A stretch of DNA of 64,000 nt from the human T2T-CHM13v2.0 reference genome, Homo sapiens (GCF_009914755.1 NC_060937.1), one strand, 5' to 3'; counted from the stretch's first letter, positions 1 to 14,419 are shown. Numbers and translations are program-made. The notes: generated by a model not told the origin, from the letters alone.

Positions 1-119
1 TGAAATGAGCAATCGTATTGACCCAGTGTGATGAAATGAGCAAAATAATTGCCCTAAAATGGTTTAGCAGTTTCCCACCTCTCTTCGGAAAATCTATGAA
101 TCTTTGGACCCTCATGTTT

Positions 120-365
120 ATTTATCATTTACTATGTTTGTGTCAGGCATTGTCCTGAGCTTAATTACATCATCCCCTTTAAGCTTACTACAAACTCTTA
201 AGATAGGTAATCTTATTGATGATGAAACTGAGATGGTTTCACCATCTTATTGATGATGAACATTGGCTCCAAGAGCTTAGGTTACTTGTCCAAGGTCACA
301 CAGCTTGTAGGTGGGCCAGCTGAGATTCAAACTAGGCCAATGGGATTCCTTAATCCATTCCTATT
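120..365 (-). mobile_element. MIR SINE fragment
   Basis: Reverse complement of the MIR core: gatgaaactgag ... gttacttgtccaaggtcacacagcttgtag ... agattcaaactagg. Confidence 0.8.
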
Positions 366-954
366 CCTTTTATACCATGCTTTCTTCTAGATATATCAAT
401 ATGTAAAATTAACCTAATTTTTAAAACATGCAAATGTCATAGCTAGGAGACAGAATATTATTGGGTATCAATCACATACCTCATGAAATAACATAAACTT
501 TGTGTTACATATAATTTAATTCACTTACAAGGTGAAAAAGGTTATAATTTCCAATAATTTTTATCTTTTTAGTCCTTCTAGGTCATCACTACTTAAAATA
601 ACTGAAGACTCCACCACGTTTAGTGGTTGTAAAAAATAAGAAACTAAGCATTTTTACAATCTTGCTTGCTAAGTCTAATATTAAATATACAACTAAGAGT
701 GGCAATGGTATTTTTAAGCATTCATTATGCCCTCAAAATGCTGGCAGAAAATCATAGTAGGAATTCTAATAATAGAAGCAACTCTACCAACCTTGGTTTT
801 AATGCATTCTTTTTATTCATATGCAAGGTTCCCTAAAGGTTTTATCTTGAGGTGTTAACAGGGAAATCTGTCACCAGTAGAGGACTAAATGAAGTCACAA
901 GTCATATAACAAGCAGAGCAGACAAGTAACCTTCACATGGATGCTTAAGAAAAT

Positions 955-1140
955 ACTGGCAGAAACCCTGATACAATAAATTTGCAAATAACTTGAAGAC
1001 AAAAAGGTACTTAGTGGATAATGACTAATGTGTCCTACTTAAAATCAAATCCTTTTAAGCTAATCTAATATGGTAGATCAAGGAGAAATGATAGATGTAT
1101 TTTATCTTAATTGCATCAAATCTTGATTATCTGCATATTA
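955..1140 (+). mobile_element. Probable ancient L3/CR1 LINE reverse-transcriptase fragment
   Basis: 1072-1122 translates VDQGEMIDVFYLNCIKS, resembling the CR1 RT motif VDxGxxVDVxYLDFxKAFD, preceded by KSF*ANL (cf. KSCQTNL). Confidence 0.4.
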
Positions 1141-3503
1141 CACCCATCAATGAACAACAACAAAAAAAGTGACCTAAGCACACAGCCAACTGGATTATAA
1201 CAACTATATAATATCAAACATGTGGATGAAAATACCAGATGCTCTACTTCTACAATGTCAAATATATATGTATAGACACATAACACATATAATCACATAA
1301 ATACATCAAGAATATATATATATTTGCATCATATAAATGTGCTTAAAGTCCTATGTCCCATATATTAAGAATAAGAATAGTTGTGAAAACTTTCAGAGGA
1401 ATGCAAGGAAAATTAACGAGACATCAGAAAATAATTTCTAGGCACAGAAGTTAAATATAGCAGGACAATTCAACCAGGAAAAAAAACAGATTAGATATAA
1501 TTTAATAACATTATTCAACTGTCTCTACATAATACCAAAATAACCAAACAATTTGGTCAGATAACTATCCAAGCAAGTCAAATGAATATTTTAAAAATCC
1601 AATAACTCCATCATCATAACAGTTCATATGCTGTAAATGTATTGATTTAGCTTTGAGAGATAGCTGAGACATCTGAAATACAGAAATTTGCTGTTCCTTA
1701 GGGAGTGTTGCCTTGAATGAAGCAGGTAAGCTAAGCTTAACTAAGACAAAAATTAGAGGAAAGTTGAAGAAAGGATCCAAGAGAGAACATCAAAGGCAGA
1801 GCTCCAGGAGCCAGAATAAGGGATGTGGGTCCCTCATATGTTAATAGAAGGTTTCATCCAACTGAAACTGGAGGGCCTTAAGACTTAAAGAAAGGCAGCC
1901 TCAGCCTGAAAACATCTTATATCCTTTCTGCTCCAAATAAAACTGTAAGCATTCCAAAGCTGGGTATTGGTGCCGTCTCATTTCTGTTTCCCTACTTCAT
2001 TCTATCTCTATTTTCTTTTTGATATCCCCATCAGTCTTTCCACTTAAGATTTGTTACCTCACCTTATCCAAACATCTGAGCCTATAATTCTCAAGTTAGT
2101 GTTTTTGTGTCTCCCAACTCCCAGCCATTACCACCAATCACACTTTCACTTATGAACATTTTTTCTTTACTGTCAAACCTCAGGCAGTTCCAAAATAGCA
2201 GTGTAGAAGCAAGATGACCTCACTCCCCCAGACAAAAACCAAAAACAAATAGACAGCACCAAGATTATCACCAGCAATATCTCAGAGCTCAAGTACAAAA
2301 AGGAGACAGTCCCTGGGGCCACAGAGAAATGAAAAATCTCTGAGAAGGCTGTAAGGTAATTGAATTTCTATATTGGTAATGCCCCTTCTGTCCAGCACCA
2401 AGTGCACAAAGTATTTCCCTCCATTCACAATTTCTACACTCAAAAAAGTGAGATCAAGGTGGACAAGCAGGTTTTCCACCATCTTGGGAGCCTTGGCAGG
2501 AGAACTGTCCCTGCCTTAACTCATGGAAAGCATTTCAAATGCCAGAAGGGACAATATCACTGAGGACAGGCCGAGAGAAGGGAAGGAGGTGGAACTACCA
2601 TCCCCAGCCCTGGAAACTCTGATCTGTAACTTGAAAAAGGGAGATGCCAAATCAGAGTGGTTGTTCAGCAGCACCACACCATTGGAAGTACATTCCACAG
2701 GACCCCTGGGCATGAACCCTTAGCCAGCCTTCCCACACTGCCAGGATATCCCCTTTGGAACCCCCTCTTGGGACAGGTAGCACCCCAATTATTTACTAGA
2801 ACCTAGGTGAACCTTGGATTAAGGAATCACCAAGAGCCAAAAAGGAGGCAACAACCTAGCACTGAAGAATCTCTCAGAAAATATATCTAATAAAACCAAA
2901 AATATCTAGACAAAGAAGACTGAAATAAATAACTAACTCTTTAATACAAAGACATACACATACATTCACAAGAAAAAAACAAAACAAAACAGCAAGCAGG
3001 GTACTATGACCTCTTCAATAGACAGAATAAGGAACCAGTGCCTGACCTCAATGAGAAGGCAATATGTGAGCTCTCTGACCAAGAATTCAAAATAGCAGTT
3101 GTAAGGAAACTCAGCAATCTCCAAGATAACACAGAAAATCAATGCAGAAATTTATCAGACTAATTTTATGAAGACTGAAATAATAATAATAAAAAAGAAA
3201 CAAAAATTTTGGAACTGAGAAATACATTTGCTGAATTGAAAAATTTATTAGAGGCTCTCAACAGCAGAATGGATCAAGCAGAAGAAAGAATCAGTCACCT
3301 CAAAGACAGATTATTTGAAAATATGGTTAGGAGAGAAAAAAGAAAAAAGAATGAAGACCATCTACAGGATATAGAAAATGACATCAAATGACCAAATCTA
3401 AGAAATACTGCTATTCAAGAGGGAGTTCAGCAAGAGCAAGGAGTAGAAAGGTTATTGAAAGGAAAAAAACAAACAAACAAACAAAAAACCCCAACTTTCC
3501 AAA

Positions 3504-5773
3504 GGGCCAAGATGGCAGCTTGGAGGCATTGCTAGTATGTCTCTTCCACTTGGAAAGACAAAAGTGTGTAGAAATTCACACTGTGAACTTTTTCCAATAA
3601 GCAACACAGGAACAAACCACAGACCCTTTGAAAGAAGCAGAACCCTACACAATGAGCCAGGTGAAAAACTGTAAGTCCCCAGAGTGTGAGAGGGGGATAA
3701 GCTGCCTCTGGGATATAGACCTCCACTGGGTAGCCTGGCAATCCAGGATATGGGGGAGGGCCATAACCCTACCCAGTACTGGAGCTGATTTAGTGAGTGG
3801 TGGGGAGTATATGAGAAGGAGTGGCATCAGGATGTGCTTTGCATGCACTTCCAGTTTCCAGTGGGAATGGAGGGAAGTCGTTCCTGATCTTACCTCACAG
3901 GAGACCTCGTGGAAGTCTGCCAGCTAACTCAAGTGACAGTCATAGGTTGAGAGAAGCTTCCAACTGTGATTCATGATATAATCTCGAGTGGGGACAAACC
4001 CTTGGCCAGAACTGAGGGGCAAGTGGGAAGTGTGCTTCAGCCAAGGGTACAGGAGCTGGATATCCCACCTTTGTTGGCTGACTGGGAGGAGTGTGGCCTA
4101 AAAGCTCCAGTTGCTGTCACCACTAGGAAGGCTTATGGCCTGGGGCAATTTTGGGTTCTGAGCGCAGATTGTCTGGAACCTAGCTAGCTGTTGCTAGTGG
4201 AACACTGCAGGTGTTCCTGGATAATCTGGGGGTATCACATTGCCCAACTTCAAATTATATTACAAGGTGAGAATAATCAAAACAGCATGTTACTGCTATA
4301 AAAATGAGACATAGACCAATGGAATAGAATAGAGAACCAAGAAATAAAGCCAAATACTTACAACCAACTGATCTTTGACAAAGTATTAAAAAAACATAAA
4401 TGGGGGAAAGGACACCTATTCAATGAATGGTGAGAACACTGGATAATTCACACGTAGAAGAATGAACTGGACACCTATCTCTCATCGTATACAAAAATCA
4501 ACTCATGATGGATCAAGGATTTAAATGTAAGACCTGAAACCATAAAAATTCTAGAAGAAAACCTAGGAAAAACACTTCTGGGGCATTGGCCTAGGCAAAT
4601 GATTCATGATTAGAACCCCAAAAGCCAATGCAACACAAACAAAAATAATGGGACCTAATTAAACTACAAAGCTTCTGCCCAGTAAAATAAATAATCATCA
4701 AAGTAAACAGACAACCCACAGAGTGGGAGAAAACACTTACAAAGTATATATCTGACACAGGACTAATATCCAAAATCTATAAGAAACTCAAATCAGCAAA
4801 ACAAATAATCCCATCAAAAAGTGGTCAGAGTACATGATAGACATTTCTCAAAAGAAGATGTACAAATGGCCAAAAAACATATAAAAATGCTCAACGTCAC
4901 TAATCATCAGGAATATGGCATATTAAAACCAAAGTGGGATACCACCTTACTCCAGCTAGAATGGCCATTATTAGAAAGTCAAAAAACAATAGATGTTGGC
5001 ATGGATGTGGTAAAAAGGGAACGCTTATACACTGCTAGTGGGAATGTAAATTAGTGTAACCTCTATGGAAAACAGTGTGGATATTTCTTAAAGGTCTGGA
5101 TATTTCTCTATTTCTAAAAGTAGATCTACCATTTGATCCAGGAATTCCACTTCTTGATATCTATACACAGGGAAAAAGTCGTTATATCATAAAGACAGCT
5201 GCACACATATGTTTACTTCAGCACAATTCATAATTGCAAAGACATGGAACCAACCTAAGTGCCCACCAACCAAAGAGTGGATAATGAAAATGTGGTATAT
5301 GCACACCATAGAATACTACACAGCCATAAAAACGAACAAAAAATAATGTCTTTTGCAGCAACTTGGATGGAGCTGGGGGCCATTATTCTAAGTGAAGTAA
5401 CTCAGGAATGGAAAACCAAATACCATATAATCTCACTTATAATTTGGAACTAACCTATGGGTATGCAAAGGCATACACAGTGGTATAATGGACTTTGGAG
5501 ACTCAGAATGGGGGAGAGTGGGAGTGAAAGGAATAAAAAGCTACATATTGGGTACAAGGTACACTACTCAGGTGACAGGTTCACTTTAATCTCTAACTTC
5601 GCCACTGTACAATTTGTTTGCATAACAAAAAAACCACTTGTACCCCAAAAGCTATTGAAACAAAGAAATATATATATATGTATATATATAATTTTAAAAA
5701 AGGATTGATTGCAAAAGTTTCTATTCTAATATAAAAAGAAAGTATAAAATAGTTTAAACCAAAACAAAAAGAA
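3504..5773 (+). mobile_element. Internally deleted L1PB (L1PB3-like) nested in ORF1 of the older L1
   Basis: 5' end gggccaagatggcagc at 3504. The 5' UTR runs to ~4214, then joins late ORF2 (aatctgggggtatcacattgcc, ~4223). L1PB-type 3' end aaccacttgtaccccaaaagctattgaaa at ~5660. TSD aactttccaaa at 3493-3503 and 5774-5784. Confidence 0.88.
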
Positions 5774-5942
5774 AACTTTCCAAATCTTCAAATAGATGTA
5801 AATATACAGGTATAAGAACATCAGAGAACACCAAATAGTTTCAACCCAAGTAAGATTATCCCCAGGGCATATAATAGTTAAACTCTCAATGTTCAAAGGC
5901 AAAGAGAGGATAGTAAAAGCAGCAAAAGAAAATAAGTAATTT

Positions 5943-6265
<323 letters not shown>

Positions 6266-7428
6266 CTATCCTCTTTTTGTCTAGCAACAGATTTCTCAAT
6301 GGAAACTATATAGGCCAACAGGGAGTGAAACTGCATTTTTAAAGTGCTGAATGAAAAAAACCTCTCATCCAAAAATACTGTATCTAGCAAAGCTATCCTT
6401 CAAATATGCAAGAGAGATAAAATCTTATTGAGACAAAAGCTGGGAGAATTCACCACTAGTAGAACTATCTTAAAAGAAATTATAAGGGAGTTCTTCAACC
6501 TGAAAGAAAACAAAAAAATTAATGTACAAAAAGAAAAGGAAAACAAAAATAAAATTTGAAGATATAAAACCCATGGGTAAAATTAAGTACATGTAAAAAT
6601 CCAGAATACTCTAATACTGTAACTATAGTGTGCAATCCATTTATAACTCTAGTTTGAAACTCCAAAGACAAATATATCAAAAACAATAATAGCTATAACA
6701 ACCAGTTAAGAGATAGACAATATAAAAATATGTAAATTGGGACAAGAGTCAAAATGTGGGGGAATGAAGTTACATTGTAGATTTTTTTTTGTTTCTATTC
6801 TTTGTTTCTATTTTTTGTGTGATCTAAGATAAGTCATCAACTCTTTAAAAATAACTTGTTACATATATGAAATTTTTTTGATAAGCCTCATGGTACTCAT
6901 AACATAAAAACCTATAATAGAGTCACTAAAAATAAATAGCAATGAATTAAAACATACTGCCAGGGAAAAAATTACTTAACCATAAAGGAAAAGAGTAAGA
7001 AAAAAAGAAAGGAGTTAGAAAACAACCAGAAAATAAGCAATAAAATGGCAGTAGTAAGTTCTTACTTATCAATATTAACACTTAATGTAAATAGAATGAA
7101 TTCTCCAATTAAAAGGCATAGAGTGGCAGAAGGGATAAAACAAGACCCAACTGTATGCTGCCTTCAAAAAAGTCACTTCATCTGTAAAGGCACACATAGA
7201 CTGAAAGTGAAGGAATGGAAGAAGATATTCCAGGCAACTGGAAACCAAAAAAAGGCAGAAGTATCTATAATATATCAGATAAATAGACTACAAATCAAAG
7301 ACTGTAAAAAGAAGCAAAGGAGTTCACTATATAATGATAAAGGGGTCAAATCACCAAGAAAATACAACAATTATAAATATCTATGTACCCATCACCAGAG
7401 CTCCCAAGTATATATAAAAACATTAACA

Positions 7429-7505
7429 ATTGCCTGTATCAAAATATCTTATGTACCCCATAAATATACATACCTACTATGTACTCATAAACATTAAAAC
7501 TTTAA
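7429..7505 (+). mobile_element. 77-bp 5'-truncated L1MA1-3-type 3' terminus nested in the ORF2 endonuclease region
   Basis: tgcctgtatcaaaatatcttatgtaccccataaatatacatacctactatgtac matches the L1MA1-3 tail. TSD aaaaacattaaca (7416-7428) / aaaaacactaaca (7506-7518). Confidence 0.85.
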
Positions 7506-10500
7506 AAAAACACTAACAGATCTAAAGGGAGAAATAGACTGTGATACAATAGAAGTAGGGGACTTTAACACCCCACTGTAATAATGGGCAGATCATTCAG
7601 ACAAAACGTTTTTAAAAACTCAACCATCAGAGTTTAACTACACACTAAACCTAATAGGCCTAACTGATATTTACAAAACGTTTCACCCAACGGCTGCAGA
7701 ATACACATCTTATTCATCAGCACATAAAATATTCTCTGGAATAAACCATATCTTTAACCATTAAATAAGCCTCAACAAATCCAAAAAAGTAGAAACCATT
7801 TCAATCTTTTCAGATCACAATGGAATAAAACAAGAAATCAATTAACAAGAGGAATTTTGGAAACTACACAAACATGTGTACATTAAACAACATGCTCCTG
7901 AACAACCAATGGCTCAATAAAGAAATTAAGAAGGAAATTTAAAAATTTATTGAAACAAATGCAAATGGAAATAAAACATACCAAAATCTATGGGATACCG
8001 AAAAAGCAGTGTTAAGAGGAAAGTTTATAGCAATTTATACCTATATCAATAAAGTAGAAAGACTTTAAATAAACAACTTAATGATGTACCTCAATGTACT
8101 AGGGAGGTAGAACAAATCAAATCTGAAATTAGTAGATGAAAAGAAATTATAAAGATTACAGGAGAAATAAATGAAGTTGGGACTAAAAAAATAACAAAAA
8201 ATCAACAAAACAAAAAGTTGGTTTTTTGAACAATGGAATCAGCGAAACTTTAGCTATACTAAGAAAAAAGAGAGAAAATCCAGGTAAATAAAATCAGAAA
8301 TGAAAAAGGAGTCATAAAAACTGAGACCTCAGAAATACACAAAATCCTTAGAGACTGTTATGCTATTATGAGCAACTGTAGGCCAACAAATTGGAAAAGC
8401 CGGAAGAAATAAATAAATTCCTGAACACATACAACCTGCCAAGATTGAACCATGAAGAAATTAAAAACCTCCACAAACCAATAACAAGTAATGAGATCAA
8501 AGCTGTAATAAAAAGTCTCCCATCAAATAAAAGTATATGACCTCATGGCTTCACTGCTGGATTCTACCAAACATTTAAAGAAGAACTAACACCAATTCTA
8601 CTCAAACTAAACTCTTCAAAAAAATTGAAGAGGAGAAAATACTTTAAACTCCTATGGAGCCAGCATTACCCTGATAACAAAACCAGACGAAGACACAATA
8701 AGACAAAAAAAAAAAAAAAAAAAAAAAAGAACAAAATTACAGGCCAATATCCCTGATGAACATAGAGGCAAAAAAATTCTCAACAAAATACGAGCAAACT
8801 GAATTCAGCAATACATTAATAAGATCATTCACCATGATCAAGTGGGATTCATCCCAGGAATGCAAGGATGGTTCAACATACGCAAATCAGTAAATGTGAT
8901 ACATCATATCAACAGACAAAGATTTAAAAAATATAATTATTTCAATAGATGCTAAAAACGCATTTGATAAAATTCAACATCCTTTTACAATAAAAAGCCT
9001 CATCAAACTAGATAAAGAAGAAACAAACCTCAAAGTAATAAAGCCTGTATATGACAAACCCACAGATAACATTTTACTGAATGCAAAAAATTGAAGGCTT
9101 TTCCTTTAAGATCTGCAAAAAGACAAGGATGCCCACTTTCACCACTTTTATTTAACATAATGCTAGAAGTCCTGGCTAGATCAATTAGACAAGAGAAAAA
9201 AATAAAGAGCATCCTAATTGGGAAAAAGAAGTTAAATTAGCCTTGTTCACAGATGACATGACCTTATACTTAGAAAAACCTAAAGACTTCACCAAAAACT
9301 GTTAGAACTGATAAATAAATTCAGTAAAGTTGCAGGATACAAAACCAACATACATAAATTAGTAGCATTTATATATGCCAATGGCAAACAATCTGAAAAA
9401 TAAGTCAAGAAAGAAATCCCATTTACAATAGCTACAAAGAATATAAAACACCTAGGAATCAATTTAATTGAATAAGTGAAAGATCTATACAAGAAAACCT
9501 GTAAAACAGTGATAAAAGAAATGGAAGAGAACACAAAAAATGAAAGCACATTCCATGTTCATGGGTTGAAAGAATTAATCTTGTTAAAATGACAATACTA
9601 CTCAAAGAAATGTACAGAATCAATGCAATCCCTATCAAAACGCCAATGACATTCTTCACAGAAATACAAAAAGCAATTATAAAATGTATATGAAACCACA
9701 AAAGACTCTGAACAGCTAAAGCAATCCCGAGAAAAAAGAACAAAGCGGGAGGCATTACACTACTTGACTTCAAAATTTACTACAAACCTATAGTAACCAA
9801 ATCAGCATGGTACTGGCATGAAAACAGACACATAGACCAATGGAACAGAGTAGAGAGCCCAGACATAAATACATGCATTTATAGCCAACTAGTCTTTGAC
9901 AAAGTTTCCAAGAATGTACAATGGAAAAAAGGATAGTCTCTTCAATAAATGGTGCTGAAAAACCTGGTTAACTATCTGCAGAAGAATGAAACTAGATTCC
10001 TATCTCTGTCTATCACCATATAGAAAAAAAAACGTATTAAGACCTGTATTAAATCTAAGGCCTGAAATTATGAAATTAGTAGAAGAAAACTCTGGGGAAA
10101 CACTCTAAGACATTGATCTGGGCAAAGATTGTTTGTGTAAGACTTCGAAAGCACAGGCAACCAAAGCAAAAAAAGGACAAATGGGATTACATCAAGTTAA
10201 AAAGCTTCTGCACAACAAAAGAAACAATCAACAAAGAGACAACCCACAGAATGGGAGAAAATATTTGAAAACTATACATCTGACAAGGTATTAATAACCA
10301 GAATATAGAAGAAGCTAAAACAACTGAATAGCAAAAAAAAAAAAATAATAAATATAATAATCCAATTGAAAATGGACAAAAAATGTGATTAGACTTGTCT
10401 CAGAAGAAGACTTTCAAATGGTCAACAGGTATATGAAAAAATGCTCAACATCACTAATCATCGAAGAAATGCAAATCAAAATCACAATGAGACATTATCT

Positions 10501-12169
10501 CACTTCAATTAAAATGAATTTTATCAAAAAGACAATAATGGATGCTGGTGAGGATGTGGAGAGAGGGGGACCCCTTATACGCTGCCGGTGGAAATGTAAA
10601 TTAGTACAGCCACTGTAGAAAACAATATGGAAATTCGTCACAAAAATAAAATAGAACTACTATATGATATAGGAATTCAACTACTGGGTATGTATCCACA
10701 AGAAAGTAAATCAACATTTTGAGGAAATGTCTGCATTCTCATGTTTATTGCAACCCTATTTACAATAACCAAAAATGGAATCAACCTAAGTGCCCATCAA
10801 TGGATGAATGGATAAAAAAATGTGGTATATATACACAATGAAATATTATTCAGCCATAAAAAAATAAAATCTTGCCATTTTCAGCAACATGGATAGAACT
10901 GGAGGTCATTATTTTAAATGAGATAAGCCAAGCACAGAAAGACAAATATTACATGTTCTCACTCATATATATCAGCTAAAAATGTGGGTATCATGGAGAT
11001 AGAGAGTAGACTGGCAGTTACCAGAGGCTGGGAAGGGTAGAGAGGAAGGAAGGATGAAGAGAAGTTAATTAATTGGTACAAATATATGACCTGATAGAAA
11101 AAATAAGACCTAGTGTTTGATAGATCAGTAGGGTGACTATAGTTTATAATAATCTATTTTACGTTTCACGTGAGCTATAAGGGAATAATTCAAATGTTTC
11201 TAGCATTAAGAAAAGTATTTAAGGTGATGGTTATCCCATGTACATTGATTTGATCTTTACATGAAAGTATTAAATTATCATATGTACCCCAAACTATGTA
11301 TTAATATATCTTTTATGCATAAATAAAAACACATAAAAATAAACAAGAAACAAAAAAACAAAATCTCATGATCAGACTCTTTGCAGCTTCTAAAATGTGA
11401 TAAATTAATTCATTTAAAGCTGCTTAGTGGAAAAAAGCATGATGATTTCTAGAAGAGAAATATCCACTTCCACCCTAGACCCTGACCCCTGCCCTGCTAT
11501 GGGTACATTTTTAAAATTACTATTCTGCCATCCCACACATAAGGCAAAAGCTGTGATGGTGGAATAACACTGATGACGGAATATCAGTTCAGGTTAAAAA
11601 AATGGTGAATATATGGGCAGGAGACAGGGTGACGTGGGTGAAGAAATATGGAGAATATATTTGGAGGCTGATGGAATATGGTGAGATTCATAGGTCCTAT
11701 TATAATTAGTCTTCTTGTTTGTTCAAGCATAACGCTGACCCTATCTGAAGCCAGTGTGGTTCTATCAGAAGCAAGTGTCTGCCTGCCATAGTTTGAGAAT
11801 CAGCAATTTGAAAAGGCAGGATGAATGTAGGTGGAGAAACATGGGGCTGTCTTTGCAGGTGACATACTATGGGATTCTCAGGTCTCATAAGGATTAGCAT
11901 CTGAAGGACCATGTGAAATAACTAGTGGATCATTGTCCATGTCACTTATTAATTATATGGAAATCAGTGGTAAAAAAGGATTTGCATCTGGCAGTAAAGC
12001 CTATTGATAATTGTTCCGTATTTTATTCAAAAGCATTTAATGATTATAGTTTAATAATATTATACTGTGTATATCAGATAGTTTAGTTGCATATAATGTT
12101 AAGCCTATCAGTTATACTTCCCAAGTTTACCCCTTATTCATTTACTCTTCTTAATTGCTGTTGACACTC

Positions 12170-12700
12170 TTCCCCGTCCAAGCCAACATTATTTTTCATC
12201 TGAAAGGCTATAGTAGCCCCTCTATGTCTACTTTTGTGAACTGACAGTCCGTTATCCACAGAACCACCAGAGGAAGTTTTAAAAGAGGTAAATTAGATCC
12301 TGTCATTCCCTTGCTCCAGGGGTGTCCAGTGTTTTGGCTCCCCTGGTCCACATTGGAAGAAAAGAATTGTCTTGGGCCACACTTAAAATACCCTAACGAT
12401 AGCTGATGAGCTAAAAAAAAAAAAATTGCAAAAAGATCCCGTAATGTTTTAAGAAAATTTATGAATTTGTCTTAGGCTGCATTCAAAGCCATCCTGGGCC
12501 GCATGTGGCCTGTGCGCCACCAGTTGGACAAGCTTGCAACCTTACTATAACTCCCTTTTCCACCAAGAATAAAATCCAGATTCCTTTCTGTAGCCTGAAA
12601 GGCTCCACACAATCCAACCCCTGCCAAGCTCTTGACCAAATCCCGGTTACTCTCTCTCCATCTTGCTCAGCCTACTACAGAGAAAGTTCTCTGTCACTTT
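12170..12700 (+). mobile_element. L2 LINE fragment split by MER30
   Basis: aaattagatcctgtcattcccttgctc ... aagaataaaatccagattcctt ... aaggctccacacaatc is typical of the L2 3' region. Confidence 0.65.
12317..12536 (+). mobile_element. MER30 (hAT-Charlie MITE)
   Basis: Starts caggggtgtcc, contains cacattggaagaaaagaattgtcttgggccacac and gatagctgatgagctaaaaa, ends gttggacaagcttg. Confidence 0.92.
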
Positions 12701-12719
12701 CTCAGGTCTAGGCAATCAG

Positions 12720-13080
12720 AGAAATAGATCAAACACTGATTTGTAGCATTTGCAATTTCTGTGGTATAAATACTCCTAGATAGCAACATGATGTCACTGA
12801 AGGTGAATTTGGGTAGAAATGTGCAGTCACACTCCATTATAAGTATTTCCACCATACAGAAACAGTAGGTGTAAAAAAAATCTCAGAAGCATAGGTCATA
12901 GTACAATGTAATATAACTCGTGATAAGTTTTGAGTGTGTATTACCTTTTGTTTTAAGTGAAATGTATTTACTTGTAAGTTTATGTAACTTATTTTAAAAT
13001 AACATCTGTGTTTCATACCTAGCTCATGAAACTCCTGAACATTTTACAATAGGTTTCACAAGTGGGCTCCAGCAACCACT
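12720..13080. mobile_element. Arthur1-like hAT-Tip100 DNA transposon fragment
   Basis: tgatttgtagcatttgcaatttctgtggtataaatactcc and terminal aaactcctgaacattttacaatagg ... ggctccagcaaccact. Confidence 0.7.
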
Positions 13081-13629
13081 CTATGTACCCCAGATGTCCT
13101 CAATATTTTTCCCTGGATTCACATATTTATGCATAACCAAGAAAATGCCTCTATGTTTTGTCCCATGAGATTTAGCCCAGACCTTTCCTGCAGTTGTATT
13201 ACTTTCCCTGGAGCCTTATTAGTTAGGTTTATTTCATTATGTCACCTTTCTCTTATGGGAAATGGTTTGGGGTCTGAAGTCCCTTTGTTTGGCCCCTGTG
13301 CTCTCTTTCCTTGGTGATAACTCTGATGCTAATTGGTTATCTTCCAAGACTGAAACAGAAACTCAGTATCTCATTTTGTCTTCCAATTATGCACCTGTGT
13401 CCAAAATTATGCAAAGAAATAGGTATCTATTTCCTGCTGTGTCTTGTAAACATCATGTTTATTACACTAACATCGTTTTCTTCCCTGAATTTATGTGTGC
13501 ATGCCCACAAGGCTGTTTCAGTACCAGCTTCTTTTATATCCCTTTGTTTAAAATACTTATTTCTGAAATGCTATCTGAATTTGAACATACTAAAATTGTT
13601 TATGGTCAATTTTAACTCTTATTTATTTG

Positions 13630-14250
13630 CTGTACCTTAGGGACTTTGTCTTTCTCATAACTGTATGCCCAGCCTCTAGTACATTTCCTGGCATGTGGTA
13701 GACACTTAGAAAATATTGACTAAATGGATGACTGCATCTTCTTCCATGCCCAAAACTATATAGTTTCTAAAAAATCAGTTGTTCTGCCTGACTTTCCTGT
13801 TTTTTTCTTCCTAATGGCACCACTCGTTTTTTGATTGCCAAAGCTCAAACCCTGAGTTTTCTTATGAGCATCTTTCTTTCACTCCCAGTTGTCACCAGTC
13901 TTGGTAGTGTCCCAACATGTGTTCTCCCTTGGCCCCTGTAAATTCTTTTTAACTCTGCCACTGGCCCATCTCAGAGCCTTATCATCATTCACTAGGCTAC
14001 TGTTAACTCTCTTCTAATTAGTTTTCCTACCTCCAGTCTTTCTTCACATTAATCCATCTTCCTGGTGTCAGAGGAACCCTCCCGAAGCAAGGCCAGATCA
14101 TGTCACATCCTTTAAAATGGACCAGATGGCTCTGAAAGCGTCAGGATAGAGTCCAGATTCCCTCACGTGCCATTCAGGCCCTTCCACAATCTGGCCTTAA
14201 TCTGCCTGCCCACCCTTCTCTCGCCGCAATTTCTTCCACATTTAACATGC
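13630..14250 (+). mobile_element. L2 fragments
   Basis: L2 3' end (cctggcatgtggtagacacttagaaaatattgactaaatggatga) followed by an L2 body segment (gccttatcatcattcactaggctactg ... ggcccttccacaatctggcc). Confidence 0.65.
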
Positions 14251-14419
14251 CCACGTCTCCCAGGTGACTTCCTCAGAACACCGTTTCCTCAGAAAGTAAT
14301 GGAGGTTGCACTGAACACATTCCCCATGGCCAAATAAGCTGGGGAGGCAATGCTGGCCTAAACAGCTGGTGAGACTTCTCAGAGCCTAAGTATGTTGAAA
14401 AATAAGACCGAACAATATG

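Noticed and set aside
7045-10890. L1 ORF2 as a functional CDS
   Set aside because: Numerous stops and frameshifts, a nested insertion and an expanded A-run at ~8705-8728.
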